Of a stretch of 64,000 bases of DNA, positions 49,135 through 64,000 are shown piece by piece. This stretch comes from Tubulanus polymorphus (taxonomy: Eukaryota; Animalia; Nemertea). Under the pieces are notes generated by a model. The model was given only the letters and a program-made list of their open reading frames with translations, did not search any database and was not told where the DNA came from. The position numbers and the translations under genes are program-made. The stretch spans positions 23,346,150-23,410,149 of the forward strand of contig NC_134026.1 of NCBI RefSeq assembly GCF_964204645.1, written 5' to 3'. Numbering within the stretch: position 1 is the first letter of the stretch; the number at the start of each line of letters is the position of its first letter.

Positions 49135-51146
49135 CTACAAGACACAACGATGGAAACACAATAGGCAACATGTATCGTGAATATGCGTGAAGAGAATGGA
49201 ATTGTGATTTCAATTCGTGCGAAACACAGAAAAACAACACGAGTTCGGAATAAATGAAATACCGAATGCTTTGATTGAAGTCGATTTCTTGAATTGAATT
49301 TCTGATCTAATGTTTATTCAGTTTTTCTAACCTAGGGTCTTGTGATTTGTACCAAGCGGGAAGGAGCTTCACGATCGAGATGAAAAGGTTTCTATGAAAC
49401 GGTATTTAGAAACAAGACAATTGCCGTTCGAGTTTTTAAAAATCCAGTATCAGAGAGCATTAATTTCGTCAAGAATCGAAGCGTTTTCACACAAATGTCA
49501 AATGATGTTTCCCCGAAAGAACAGGGACAAAAAAGTACAGACGATTGACATGCTCGCTTGACGACATGGTAGAATGGATTTTAATTGAAAGTTTCTGTGT
49601 CAAAATGATATCGATAGCAATGCGTGAATACATTTCAATTTGATTAATGTTTTGAAGGGTTTTAAGATTTTTAACTTGGTGCCAAGCTATATCAGGATCT
49701 TGGATTATTTGATTTACAGACGACAGCAAGATTTATTACCCATAGGCTGATAGTGGGATTGAAATTGAATTATGCTGTATTGAAATTGAACGGAAACATA
49801 TAAGAGATAAGGATACATGTTGACATGTGCGAGAGCGAATTCAATGATTATAAAAGTTAAAGTGACGTGCTCAACTTGGGCGATAACGTCGAATCCATTG
49901 CCGATGTATTCATCATTCATACTTTCGGCCCGAACACCGAATCCTATCACAGAACATACATGAAATGCGGATCCGACTAAACTTAAAAAATATATAGGCC
50001 TATTAAATATATGTGTTGCGTCCTGCACAGTTATTGTTTATCTAGAACCTACACGTATAATAATCACATAGGCTTTTACATGATGTGTTGATATAATTCC
50101 ACTCGATCGTTACAATATTTGATTAAGAAAACCATCAGTATTATGACACTTATGAATACGCATATACGGTCGGTTTGGTGCAATTTTCGTAGTACTCGGA
50201 TAATTCATTTTATCATCGAATACTTGGTAAATGGTATATATGTTAATTGCATGTCGTATCACAACATACGATGAGCTTTTTGACACTAAATTTACTATTA
50301 ACGAATGTGTTACTTTGTTAAATAGAAAACATGTATGATGTGATGAATATGGTAGATGTCTGGGTAGCTTTAACTTTATGATATAGATGGCTTCATAATT
50401 TCCTCCCATAATGTCAAAGTTTCCTTTCCCAGATGAATGGTATCATCGGATATTCCCGCCTCTCGTTTGTACGAATGAATACAATATACATGGTTTGTTC
50501 AAGCCATGGACTCTGGGTGTACTCATTCATTAAACCGGAGATTCCGTTTGCCTCCAATCGTACTCTTTTATTGGTCACGTGACTTTTTGGAGATTCCAAA
50601 ACCTCCTTTCTGTCGAGGTGGTGTGATTCGGATTTTGTGTGGAGCCAACCGGAGATATCGGATGGACATGTCCTCGGAGGTCATAAAAGAGTACACCCGT
50701 AGAGTCCATGGTCGAGCGCAACATTGTTCAATCCGGTCAGCGTGGCTGACTTAGCAGGGTGATCGTCTCGAGACAGGTTTTGAGATCGAATCGTCGCGAG
50801 TGTGACTGCCTCACCCACCGGTGTCCGAAGTCACCCGTAAGCGCATTTTGTCATACCAAGGACTGTGGTCCAAAATCTTCGACCGTACCGACAGCAAATT
50901 TTCATCGTCTGCAGAAGTGCCGTGACAAGGCATTGTTGAAATGTAATCGTCATCCATGCGTTCACAAATGAAAGCATCGATCACTGTAGCAAATAGCTCG
51001 GGGTTATGACGTATAAGTATTATTCTAGTGATAAATGGATTCTGTTTTGAATTAATCTCATTTGTCAAGTGCTTACTCCAAGAATTAATACGAAGTCACA
51101 CCCATCAGTTTTAAGATACATTGCGCACGTCGATTTAGCTCACATG

Positions 51147-51193
51147 CATGTACCTTGGAGTAATCATTTCAAATGATTACTCCAAGCATGTAC
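51147..51193. mobile_element. 33-bp perfect palindromic micro-element with a 7-bp target-site duplication
   Basis: catgtac | cttggagtaatcattt c aaatgattactccaag | catgtac (16-bp arms, 1-nt centre). Confidence 0.72.
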
Positions 51194-54100
51194 ATAGCCA
51201 AGAAATCAAGGGAGTCTTTGATTACATTCATGTTCGAGTTTCAATATCGATACCAGTGAAGTGATTAAGTCACTGAATGAAACCTCAAATAGTAATTACA
51301 CCGAAACCGACCAAGTGAGGAAACCATAATTGTGATAATTTATATATATTCACGATCCAGAAATGTAAAGTCAGTAATGCATCCTTTCTTAATAAAGGGG
51401 AGTTGCAACAGTATGAACTTCTTCGTGATATCTAATAGATCACGACAAGAGAATTATTCCTGACATTTATGATATCAATGATTAATCAATTTACCAACGA
51501 GATCGCTGATTGTCTGTCATTATGATGGTTAATGGTTAATTCGCAACGTATTCGCGGAAAGCTTTATCTCACGTTCGACGCGGGTTTGTGTTTGATTTTT
51601 TTTCGAGCCGTACATGTAACAACTGAACACGAACGATGCCATAATCCCCCTCTCTCTTTCTTTCTCTCTCTCTTTCTCTAGTCGCAGATAAAGAAAGAAA
51701 TTGGATGCATACGCGCGCAATATGATACTAAAATCGAAGAGAAACTAGTAGCGATTGATGTATCAATGAAAATAAATGAAGCCGTGATGGAACAATGTGC
51801 TATGCATTTCTTAAAATGCTTCATCATATTTAGTCGAATAGTCAATAAGTATAGATCATCTTAGATTTCCGATGATGGAACAACCAAAATCTAATTCATT
51901 GCTAGCTAGGTGTTGCGTGTTGAAGTTAGTACTACGAACGCATGAAAATTAAAGTGTGATTTGCCATAACTTTGATAAGCTCCGCTGGCCATTACGCGAT
52001 GAAAGGTCCTAAATCATAACTACACGTATTTGTAATTCCCACAATATGAATGTTAAATGTCGCCTGATACGTAGGAGCAACAATGATCGACTAACATCGA
52101 TGAATAAAGCTCGGTGAAGGTTGAGATCTGATTCAAGTCCGCATCTGTCTGATTATGCAGAATGTTATGAATCAAAGACTCAATTGTTTTTCCACCCACG
52201 TAATTATAACTACCGGTATAACAGTTCATAAATCACTAATAATGCGGATAGACTGAGATGAGGGATCCCATATTGATCCAGAAACACCCTGAACCTTTAC
52301 CGATGGTTAATCAAACATGATTTGTATAACATTACATGAAACAGATAAAAAACGGAATAAAAAATATATAGCCCGCCGATTTCAATTATCATATACATGG
52401 TCTCTGAAGAATGAGAGACTCAGAAATAATATCGTGCGCAAAAAACCGCTTTCACGTAGATAATTTTGTCTTTATTAAATCGTAAATTATTCCAGTGTTA
52501 TCGTCATTTCTCGTCGTTCGTGGGACATACGTTTTCTCAGGGGTAATCTTTTTCCATTCAGCGAGCTGTGGACCTTTGATTAGCTGCGGTCGTCCATTAT
52601 TTACCGAGAATAGATGCGGGCAGTGCGGTGACATTGCCTGTGACAAACATGCATAATATTTGATACAAGAAAGAAATACATAAGGAAATATGATGTTGAC
52701 ATATCAGTTCAAGTGTAATCGTATAAAACATTCAAGGCATGAAAGGGAACGGGCAGCAACAGAATTTAAATCTTTTCGGATAATACAGACAACAATCCTT
52801 TGCCATAATGAACCTCATTATTTCGAGATGCAGTTGATTCAAAGCGGTATCCCCCAGGTGTACGACTTCGTTTCCATGTAAGACATGTTCTCCTAATTGC
52901 CTCCTAAACGGGATTCCCGTACGTGGCACTGCACTTCCAATTTTAATTGGGTTCCTGTCTTCAGAATTTGGCTCGAAATGAAATCCTTTGTGTATTCTGG
53001 GTTTTTTTTATGTTAACAGGTGCTCGCGAATGATAAGACACTTTTTCCAAATTAACGGGTTAACCATCCGTGAATCTTTGGTCGTGTGTTTCTCCGGGTT
53101 TTTGAACGTGCACGAATGTATTCTCCAGTCATCCTGTAGAAAACCTAATCTATCGACGGCAAAAGCAATTTAGAGGAATATTTTAGACACAGAACGATTG
53201 TAATTGTATAACCTTCTGAATTATTTAAGAAAAAACATTAAAACAAACTACTCTCCCAGTCGCGGTGTCAAACAAATTCCTATACTTTGCTGTAAAATCT
53301 TATTTGTTCTTGCGACGCATGGATATTACCTGTCTCGTCCGTTATACCGGCATATATAGCGACAAGAATTGTGAATGTGAGAAAGCGAATCAACAATCTT
53401 ACTGGAATGATGAAGTGAATAATATCATCGCTGATGATGGTAGCAGTAATAGGGACGACTGATGGTGATAACAATCATATAATCAGCGATGGTTTTCTTT
53501 TGGTAGACATTTTCTTATCGAAGACATGTCGACCAAGTGCGGCATAAAATCGCAAAACCGGAACCTATGAACCTGCACATTTTTTTCGTCATAAGTCACA
53601 CATGATCTTCAGAAAGTCTCGCGATTTGGGTGCTTACAATTCAACGTGAAAAATGATAATCATGGCGTTAAACACGAAAACCGTATCAAATACACGTAGA
53701 ATTTCGATTCTGGTTGAATTGCTAATCACAAGTCCGTGACTTATCTTTTTCAGTTACCACCATAAGAACTCAAAGATAAATGCACAGAGCTATTAACTTT
53801 TCTTCAATTTCAACATGAAATTATCGATCAGAATTGGAAATCACCAACATATAGATTATAGAGATCCCAACATGGTTTCTGTTTGATTATTTACCACCAT
53901 TACATTTGTCTGTGGTTATTTGATGGCAGTATCATAATTGATAACTGATATATTTACATAAACCTCAAGCATACACTCAATTCACTTTATGAATGGCTGT
54001 TAATTCGGTGTAAAACCATTTTACAGAATCAATAAAATGATGCTTTTTGTAAACTATTTTGACACGAGCTTTTGTCGTTACAATTTTTCAGAGCTCATGG

Positions 54101-55737
54101 ACAAATCGAAATGAAAAACGAGTTTACCGAGTATCGTGCTGAATTTCGAGTCCGAAATCTACACTCACTAGTCAAACGTAAAAAAAAGATTTCTGCACAA
54201 AACGCGATCCTTGCATATATGTAACATTTTGACGGCATTCGTTTCTGAATTACGTTTTGTTGACGAGGTAATTAATAGAGCTGACAGACATATCGGCAAA
54301 ACCATTATCAAAGAGCGCCAAGATTACCGGAAATCATTGCGGTTTGTCATGCGATCATCCGGAGAGACGTGAACGGTGGAACTTACAGTATTTTCAATGA
54401 CAGTTCACAAGCAAAAGTATGCTTTCTTAATGACACGCTAGCAGTCATTATTACAGTGATGATTCTTATCATTTATGATATACGATAATAGTGGAGGCCT
54501 ATGTATTTCATACGTACATCAGATATGGCTTGAATCCGCCGTCAAATTCATAATGAGCTAGGTCTACGAGCTGACACATGACTTCAATCGTGATATACAC
54601 ACCGATAGAATCATGAATACTCACAAGACTTCAGAAAAAAATGTGTTTAATTCGAAATATTATGATTTGACAAGTAATTTTTGTTTCAGATACAATGGGA
54701 GGCAATGTGAAATCGAAAGCAATAGTTCGTACGACAAGCATAACCGATATCTTACCACATTTCAAAACGCCCAACTCCGTTAGAAAATGGAGAGATCCTC
54801 TTTTAGCATACGAACATATATCTATAATTCGAACAACTCCCATGTTCTCCATCACAATGCGTATATTTTCAACAATCTATATACGTTCGTTATGAAAGAT
54901 CACCTCAGGTTGTCAGTCTATTTTCATTGATTTGTTATACAAATACGTGGCTGCCATATTATCTTAATTCAAAGGACAATAAGGCAGATGAAAACCATGT
55001 CCTCCGTTTTATTTCTATATCGTTAAATTTATTTTTTCATTCTGCCAATAGCTTTTGTGACAAAAATGAATTCTTACTTGGCTCGGTTCAATGTCAAAAA
55101 TCAATGCCGCCTTGCATTTAATCGATTCAGAATCTAAACTTCCCTTCTTATCGCTTTTCAACATAACGCAACCGATAATATGTTTACATACAAATCCTAC
55201 GTAAGTACGTACGCATTTGGCTTTCATGTCATAAAATTAAAAATAGATGATGGGTAATATTTTTGAAATGGCAGTGCTATCGACTGGTTTGTATATATAG
55301 AATATTTAACGTCAGAAAAACATTTCTGGTGATAGTTTTTCATCATAACAATATGGTTCGAAAATGCGAAAAGGCCTTTAGAAGCGACAAGAATTCAAAT
55401 ACGGCTCCTACATCTATTTTCAGTCTAGTTTATAAACAACTTAGAATTGATGTTTACTTTCATCCTTAACTTAAAATCTTACCTTTTAGGTCCATCCCTC
55501 GGCATTTCTTCGGCAACTAATAAGCTTTGTTGTAAAGCTTTGCAATAAACGACATATTATTATCACCTGTGGATGCTTAGAGGCTTACGGCAGTTTTCTG
55601 ATGTCAAACTATTAAACGTGGCGATGAGGACTGTGATACTCAGCAGTGTTCGGTGGCATCGCTACATAAAACCGTAAACGCGTGTACCCGTTTCCGCAGT
55701 AACCACCCCATCTTTTATTGTATTTTGGCATACATGT

Positions 55738-55944
55738 CAGGGGCGGATCCAAGGGAAGGAAAATGTCAAGTTTCCCTGAAATTCCACGTATGTAAATGAT
55801 ACCTCAAAAAGTTTAAATACATATGCTTGTCCTCTGAAATGATGAGTTTACGATTTCCGATGAGCTTTCTTCCGAGATGCCCTTTTGTATGACCCTATTT
55901 TAGGGGTGCACTCCACTTTGATTCAGACCCGAGATCCGTCCCTG
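55738..55944. mobile_element. MITE-like element with terminal inverted repeat CAGGG(G/A)CGGATC
   Basis: caggggcggatc at 55738 and gatccgtccctg ending at 55944 (11 of 12 match); no clear target-site duplication. Confidence 0.6.
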
Positions 55945-56532
55945 ATATTAGCATGATTTTTTTCATGGAAGATAACTAAGTATCGAATAGGAGGCATCTT
56001 GGCTTATTACTGATATGTAATTGAATTGTTAAAAGAATTCCCATAATTAACATTAGCCCTTTCATACAGTCGTTTCTTTTTGAAAGTACATACAATACAG
56101 TTAAAATTCACATAAACTGTTTCGGTGTATTTTTTCATCACTCGTCATTATCATGTTCAATATCATCATTAATAAGACTAAAAATATCATTTTGACATGA
56201 GAAAACTCGGTCTGCAGCAGATGTCGATAAGCTATCAGCGTTAAAACATGGAGATTTGCATTTAAGGCGCCTAATTCTTAACTCACATTTCATATCATTG
56301 CAAATCGGAGGAATATTCTTAAAAAGGTTACTCTTGTTAACTGTTGAAATTCATTTCTTACCATGGGAAAAGGCCACGTATAACATATGAAATCTTAGAG
56401 TAATCATTGAATGAATCTTGCTACTGCTGCTGCTTAACCAGCATTTCAGCTATTCTCTAAAACTTTGAAGTTCTCATGTATATATGTTTTGTCAGTTTTT
56501 CTCTCTTGTTTATACAGCTTCTTTGATAAAAA

Positions 56533-57917
56533 ATGATCGGAATTTTTCCGTTCGTCTGTGCAACGATACTTGCCGTTACTGTCGATGGTCAAGTCAACGT
56601 AAACATTTGTCCAAGTAAGTACGATTCATTCTTAAGCTCTGATATTGAGATCCTTGCATTGAGCCGTTTCCCGTATACCTGGGATTCCATTAATATCTTA
56701 CAGACCGGGGTAAAAGATTTTTCGTAAAAGATGTCGAGAATGCGTTTAACAAAGTGAAAGACGTTTTCGAAGGTCCCGTTAAGAGCTGGTTTGAGGAATT
56801 TTTTGAGATTGATATCAAGAACGTCAAAAAATCATTTACGTGTCAAGAATACTGGATGACCAACCTACCAGAGCACATTCGACGGCGCCCATTAAAGAAT
56901 TTAGTAATACCGGGTAAATCTATAGCGGTAACAATATTGTTGTATTGACTGGAATTTCCTAAGTGATCTATTACGAAAAAAGAATCTTTGATATCGATCA
57001 AATCGCTTTTTTATCGAAGACAATTAGCTATTGATGCAATTGACGCCGAGATTTGTCCCAAGTCGGCTGAATTTAGCCTATTTACCGCTTCTCTTCCAGG
57101 GTCCCACAATTCGTTCACAATCGATCATGAAGTAAAATCCGGAAATAATTTTGTACCAGGTGAATACGGAGCTGCGGAAAGATGGATGAAGCTTGTTAGA
57201 CCGATCGTCAGGGATATGTCGGTAACGCAAGATATGAATGTGATGCAACAGCTACAGCTAGGAATACGGTATTTCGATATCAGGACCATTTTTGGAAAAC
57301 CGCGCGACAATGCGCCCTTGGATTTCTATGCCGCCCACGGTCTGTACGGCGGCCCATCTATACAAAAGCTCCATCACGTGAAAAACTTTCTCGATACGCA
57401 CCCGCGAGAAGTGGTAATTCTTTTTTACCAAAGGTTCCACGAGATATCTCCTCAGAGGCATGAGGAACATGTTTCTTTGATAAATGGTGTGTTAGGTGAC
57501 AAAATCGTCCCGTGCAACATATTCGACCCAAATAGGTCTTCTTTGGAAGATATCTTGGCAGCTGGGAGACAAGTTCTCGTCATCTATATGGGCAGATTCT
57601 GTCACCCGAGATTATACTTGGACAATCCGTTCAAAAGTATCAATAAACCGGGAGATTTGGTAAAATTTATGGACCAATCGTTACAAACGAGAACCAACCA
57701 GCGGTTGCACGTCCTTCAAGCGGTTATGCAGTTCAAACCGGATGCAATTGCTACATGTCTGAAGTTTAAATGTGCATCCTTGAAGACGTACGGTAAACGG
57801 TCGAATGCTCTTCTTGCGCAGTGGCTCAATGGAAAAAAGAACTTGAACATCGTAATGGTTGATTACGTCGAATACGCTGGTATTGTTAATGTCATTATTG
57901 CTAAAAATTACGAATAA
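56533..57917 (+). CDS. Secreted PI-PLC X-domain-containing protein (PLCXD family); 3 coding exons
   Basis: Exons 56533-56614 (signal peptide MIGIFPFVCATILAVTVDG), 56704-56913 (NRGKRFF...YWMTNLPEHIRRRPLKNLVIPG), 57100-57917 (SHNS...SVTQDMNVMQQLQLGIRYFDIR...AHGL...NFLDTHPREVVIL...LNIVMVDYV); both phase-1 joins are in frame and both catalytic His motifs are present. Confidence 0.88.
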
Positions 57918-58248
57918 AGTAGTAAATCAATGTGTATATCATAAGTTCAAATTTAACAAGATGCGGATTCCAGCATTCAGAACCTTAGAGATGGTCATAT
58001 ATATATATGTATTTGAAAATATCAAGTTAACAAACAAATTCAGTAAAAACACAACAAAATGCTAATAGAATGTATATATATTTTTAGTGCGAAGCTGAAA
58101 ATATTAATTCTCAACAAATCGATGCTGATATTTCATAAATCAGATGCTGATATTTCATATCATAAAGGTACAAATGTGTCTAGAAAAAAAACAATAGTGT
58201 AAATATTTTGCTAAAAGCTTGATAAATATTCTCTCTACGGTATATCTT

Positions 58249-61339
<3,091 letters not shown>

Positions 61340-61533
61340 ATTATGAGAGGCGATAGAGTACCGACTATCTGGAAATTCGCTCAAACAAGAAACACGGAAG
61401 TGTTCTGAAAACTTGGGAAAACCCAAAAACCAGGAAGTCAGTCGACCCGCGCCGGACCTAGCTACGACTGCCGACTGCAGCAAGTTTTTTAAAAGTTCTT
61501 TTGTTTTTTTCTGCAGATTTCCTTAATTTGACT
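61340..61533. promoter_or_regulatory. Compact bidirectional promoter between the two TTC38 paralogues
   Basis: 194 bp between the divergent ATGs; ETS-like CGGAAGT (61395) and GGAAGT (61433). Confidence 0.65.
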
Positions 61534-64000
61534 ATGTTGAGCCACTATAGAAATTGTGCGGTAAGTAAGCTGTTAACCTATTATCTGACAAAGACAAAGT
61601 AGTTCGAGGCAGGCAGAGCAGGGCCTAATAATATAGTAGTTACCTAGTCGTTGGTGGTAAGTTTTTTATAATCGGATGGGCTTGAGGTTTGTGAAAATAT
61701 CCGATCGTGAAACTAAACCACAGACAGGTTACTGACTAGGCAGGGCCAATCAGCCAATAATGCAATGTCGAATGGTCAAAGACAAAATGTAACTTTTTTC
61801 GACAATGTCGTTTTTTATCACTTTTAGGCGTGGAGAGACCAAGGTATCATTCTTTCAACAACCAATGATGAAGTTGCGAAGCTTTATGATGCTTGTATTG
61901 CTCAGGTAAACTCACAATGAAATGATAGTCTACCCCGGCCCCTCGATACCTGAATTCAATAAATCCCTTTTCACATTAGTTCTGTGCTCAGGGGCTTGTT
62001 ACGATAGTTGGGGTTCAAAATCAAAGATTGACCATTAGGGCCTACCACCTATAAACTTTAAGAGAATAACATTATTTAGTATTCCAATCCAAGAATTGGC
62101 ATTCTTATACTTCACTCTTCTTCGTGACCCGGCCATCACTCCAGTTAGCTCCCTTTTCTTTTTTTATAGGTACCTAGGATACTGGGTCGAATCGTTGATT
62201 CGGACCCCCTGCTATCGTGACAAACCCATGGTTCTGGGCTTTGCCATTAGAAGAAAAGTCTGTAATTCATTGGAAATGTTATATTTTTCAGTCAGTTGGA
62301 TCATATGATGATCCTATTATGGGTGATTTTCCAACGTGTTTGAAGAAGATGAAAGAAGCAGATCCAAATTTTGGTATTGTATGAAATTTTTAAATATCAT
62401 ACATGCTGTTTTATTATGGTGAATGGCACAATGAATGCATTATTTAGGCTTCTTTCAGTTTTGACCTATGTACTGGAGAATGCATCAGACTGTTTGGGAA
62501 CTGGAAGATCAGCTAAAGTTGATCCTGTGATGAAGTCGAACATTGAGTATATGGTTTCACTGGCTGCTAAATCCCCTAACATCACAGATAGAGAAAGAAA
62601 ACATGTAAATGCTGTAAAACTGTGGTCAGAAGGGTGAGATTTTTATTGGTATAAAAGTCCTATCGTAAGCTAAATAATTGAGAAATCTAAGAGAAATGAA
62701 CACAACTCAGATACTTTTAGTGCTTATCATGATTCCTAATACAATCAATGCAATTGGTTTTGAACAGTTATATAGAAAATGCGACAACTGTATGGGATGA
62801 TATCCTTATCGACCATCCAACTGATGTTCTAGCAATTAAGCTGAATCATGCTTCATATTTCTACCTGGGTAAATCTGTGGAAATGAGAGACAACACTGCT
62901 CGTGTTTTACCTCACTGGAATGATACAATGCCTTTATATTCGTAAGTTGGTCTATTAAGTACAAAATATATATCTTATCATGATGGGACTCTATGCTCTT
63001 ATCTTGGCTCTATGCTGATAAACTTAGTCATGGGTCTAGTTCTTGTATATGGTTCTGGCTTAGGATTGATTTTCGTCAAGGATTTTGAACTTTGTGTAAA
63101 AAATTTCATGTCCGCTGTTTAATAATTTCATTGCACTTCAATATTTTAATCTATTTCTTAGATACCGGTACTTTTTTATTACCGGTACACATTTTTTGCA
63201 ATGTTTGAAATGACATTCTATAATAAACCCGTGACATTTCAGTAATTTGTTGGGCTATTATGCATTTGGGCTTGCTGAGACAAATCGCTTTGCAGAAGCA
63301 GAAATATTATCAAAGAAAGCCTTGTCATACAATCGCTTTGATGGCTGGTCGACTCATGCATTGATACATACCTATGAAAATGATTCACGCACTGAAGATG
63401 GCATCAATGCATTAAGTGGTACAGTGGATGACTGGACTGTAAGTACAAATTGGATGATGATCTGGACTTGAGAGTGTTGGTTACAAAGTTTTGTTAAGAT
63501 ACAAATTCCTTCAATTTGTAGGCATATTGTGGACTGGCAACTCACCTCTACTGGCACTGGGCTGTGTTCTGTATTGAAAAGGTTTGTTTTTGATTAATCT
63601 TGAATCATATTACCTTCACTAAAAACAATTCATGATTCTTCAAAAATTCTTCTTGTCTTGAAAGACTGAAGACAGCTTGGAAAATTGAAACTCAAACTTT
63701 TTTTTTAGAAAGACTATGAGGGGGCACTTGGAATATTTGATCTACAGGTACCGGTAACTGAGAATAAAAGTCATGTTTGGTATCATAACCAATTATTGTG
63801 TGTTAGAGATGCATGTTCAATGTTTCTGTAATCTCTGAGGCAATGACATTTTTTTAAGGTTTCTAAAAGGGCCACAGCTGATTCAATGTTGGACATGTTG
63901 GATGCTACATCTTTACTCTTTAGGCTAGAAATGGAAGGTGAATGGTTTGGCTTTTGCTTTTTTCATTCATGTCACACACATATTCATATAATATCAACTG
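61534..64000 (+). CDS. TTC38: Tetratricopeptide repeat protein 38, paralogue B (3' part outside the window)
   Basis: MLSHYRNCA|AWRDQGIILSTTNDEVAKLYDACIAQ|SVGSYDDPIMGDFPTCLKKMKEADPNF; REKHVNAVKLW-like motif (RERKHVNAVKLWSEG); WDDILIDHPTDVLAIKLNHASYFYLG; DGWSTHALIHTYE; THLYWHWA; intron positions correspond to those in paralogue A. Confidence 0.92.
61641..61736 (+). repeat. Dispersed intronic repeat of about 100 bp, copy 2 (TTC38-B intron 1)
   Basis: Near-identical to 36685-36794. Confidence 0.9.

Noticed and set aside
52732-53474. Possible small secreted-protein gene or selenoprotein on the minus strand (hydrophobic ORF 53280-53474 spliced to an acceptor near 53133)
   Set aside because: The join gives an immediate TGA and a further stop soon after; no homology or SECIS evidence. 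These may be non-coding 5' exons.

Overview
AT-rich, intron-containing eukaryotic (metazoan) DNA, most likely from an invertebrate with a compact genome; the taxon cannot be determined from sequence alone. Ten spliced genes can be reconstructed by hand. In order: a ZNRF3/RNF43-type PA-TM-RING E3 ligase (minus, with two very large introns), CCDC157 (minus), VMP1 (plus), PEX13 (minus), ACOX3 (plus, ending in -SKL), FAAH-like amidase (minus), a gamma-glutamyltransferase-like gene (minus), a secreted PI-PLC X-domain protein (plus) and two head-to-head TTC38 paralogues, the second cut off by the window end. No rRNA, tRNA, CRISPR array or autonomous transposon was recognised. The most notable observations are: (1) an in-frame upstream exon that gives VMP1 an N-terminal SAP DNA-binding motif split across the intron; (2) a GGT whose reconstructed exons stay in frame but whose nucleophile and glutamate-binding residues are replaced (candidate pseudoenzyme), with several possible alternative N-terminal exons; (3) 29-33 bp palindromic micro-elements with 7-bp target-site duplications and two large (TA)n-centred palindromes; (4) a cluster of optimal TCF/LEF sites across the ZNRF3 locus; (5) a C-terminal CCHC zinc finger on CCDC157; (6) a signal-peptide/RGKR/amphipathic-helix architecture on the PI-PLC. 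All exon structures are manual predictions without transcript support, and comparisons to human proteins are from recall, not from a search.
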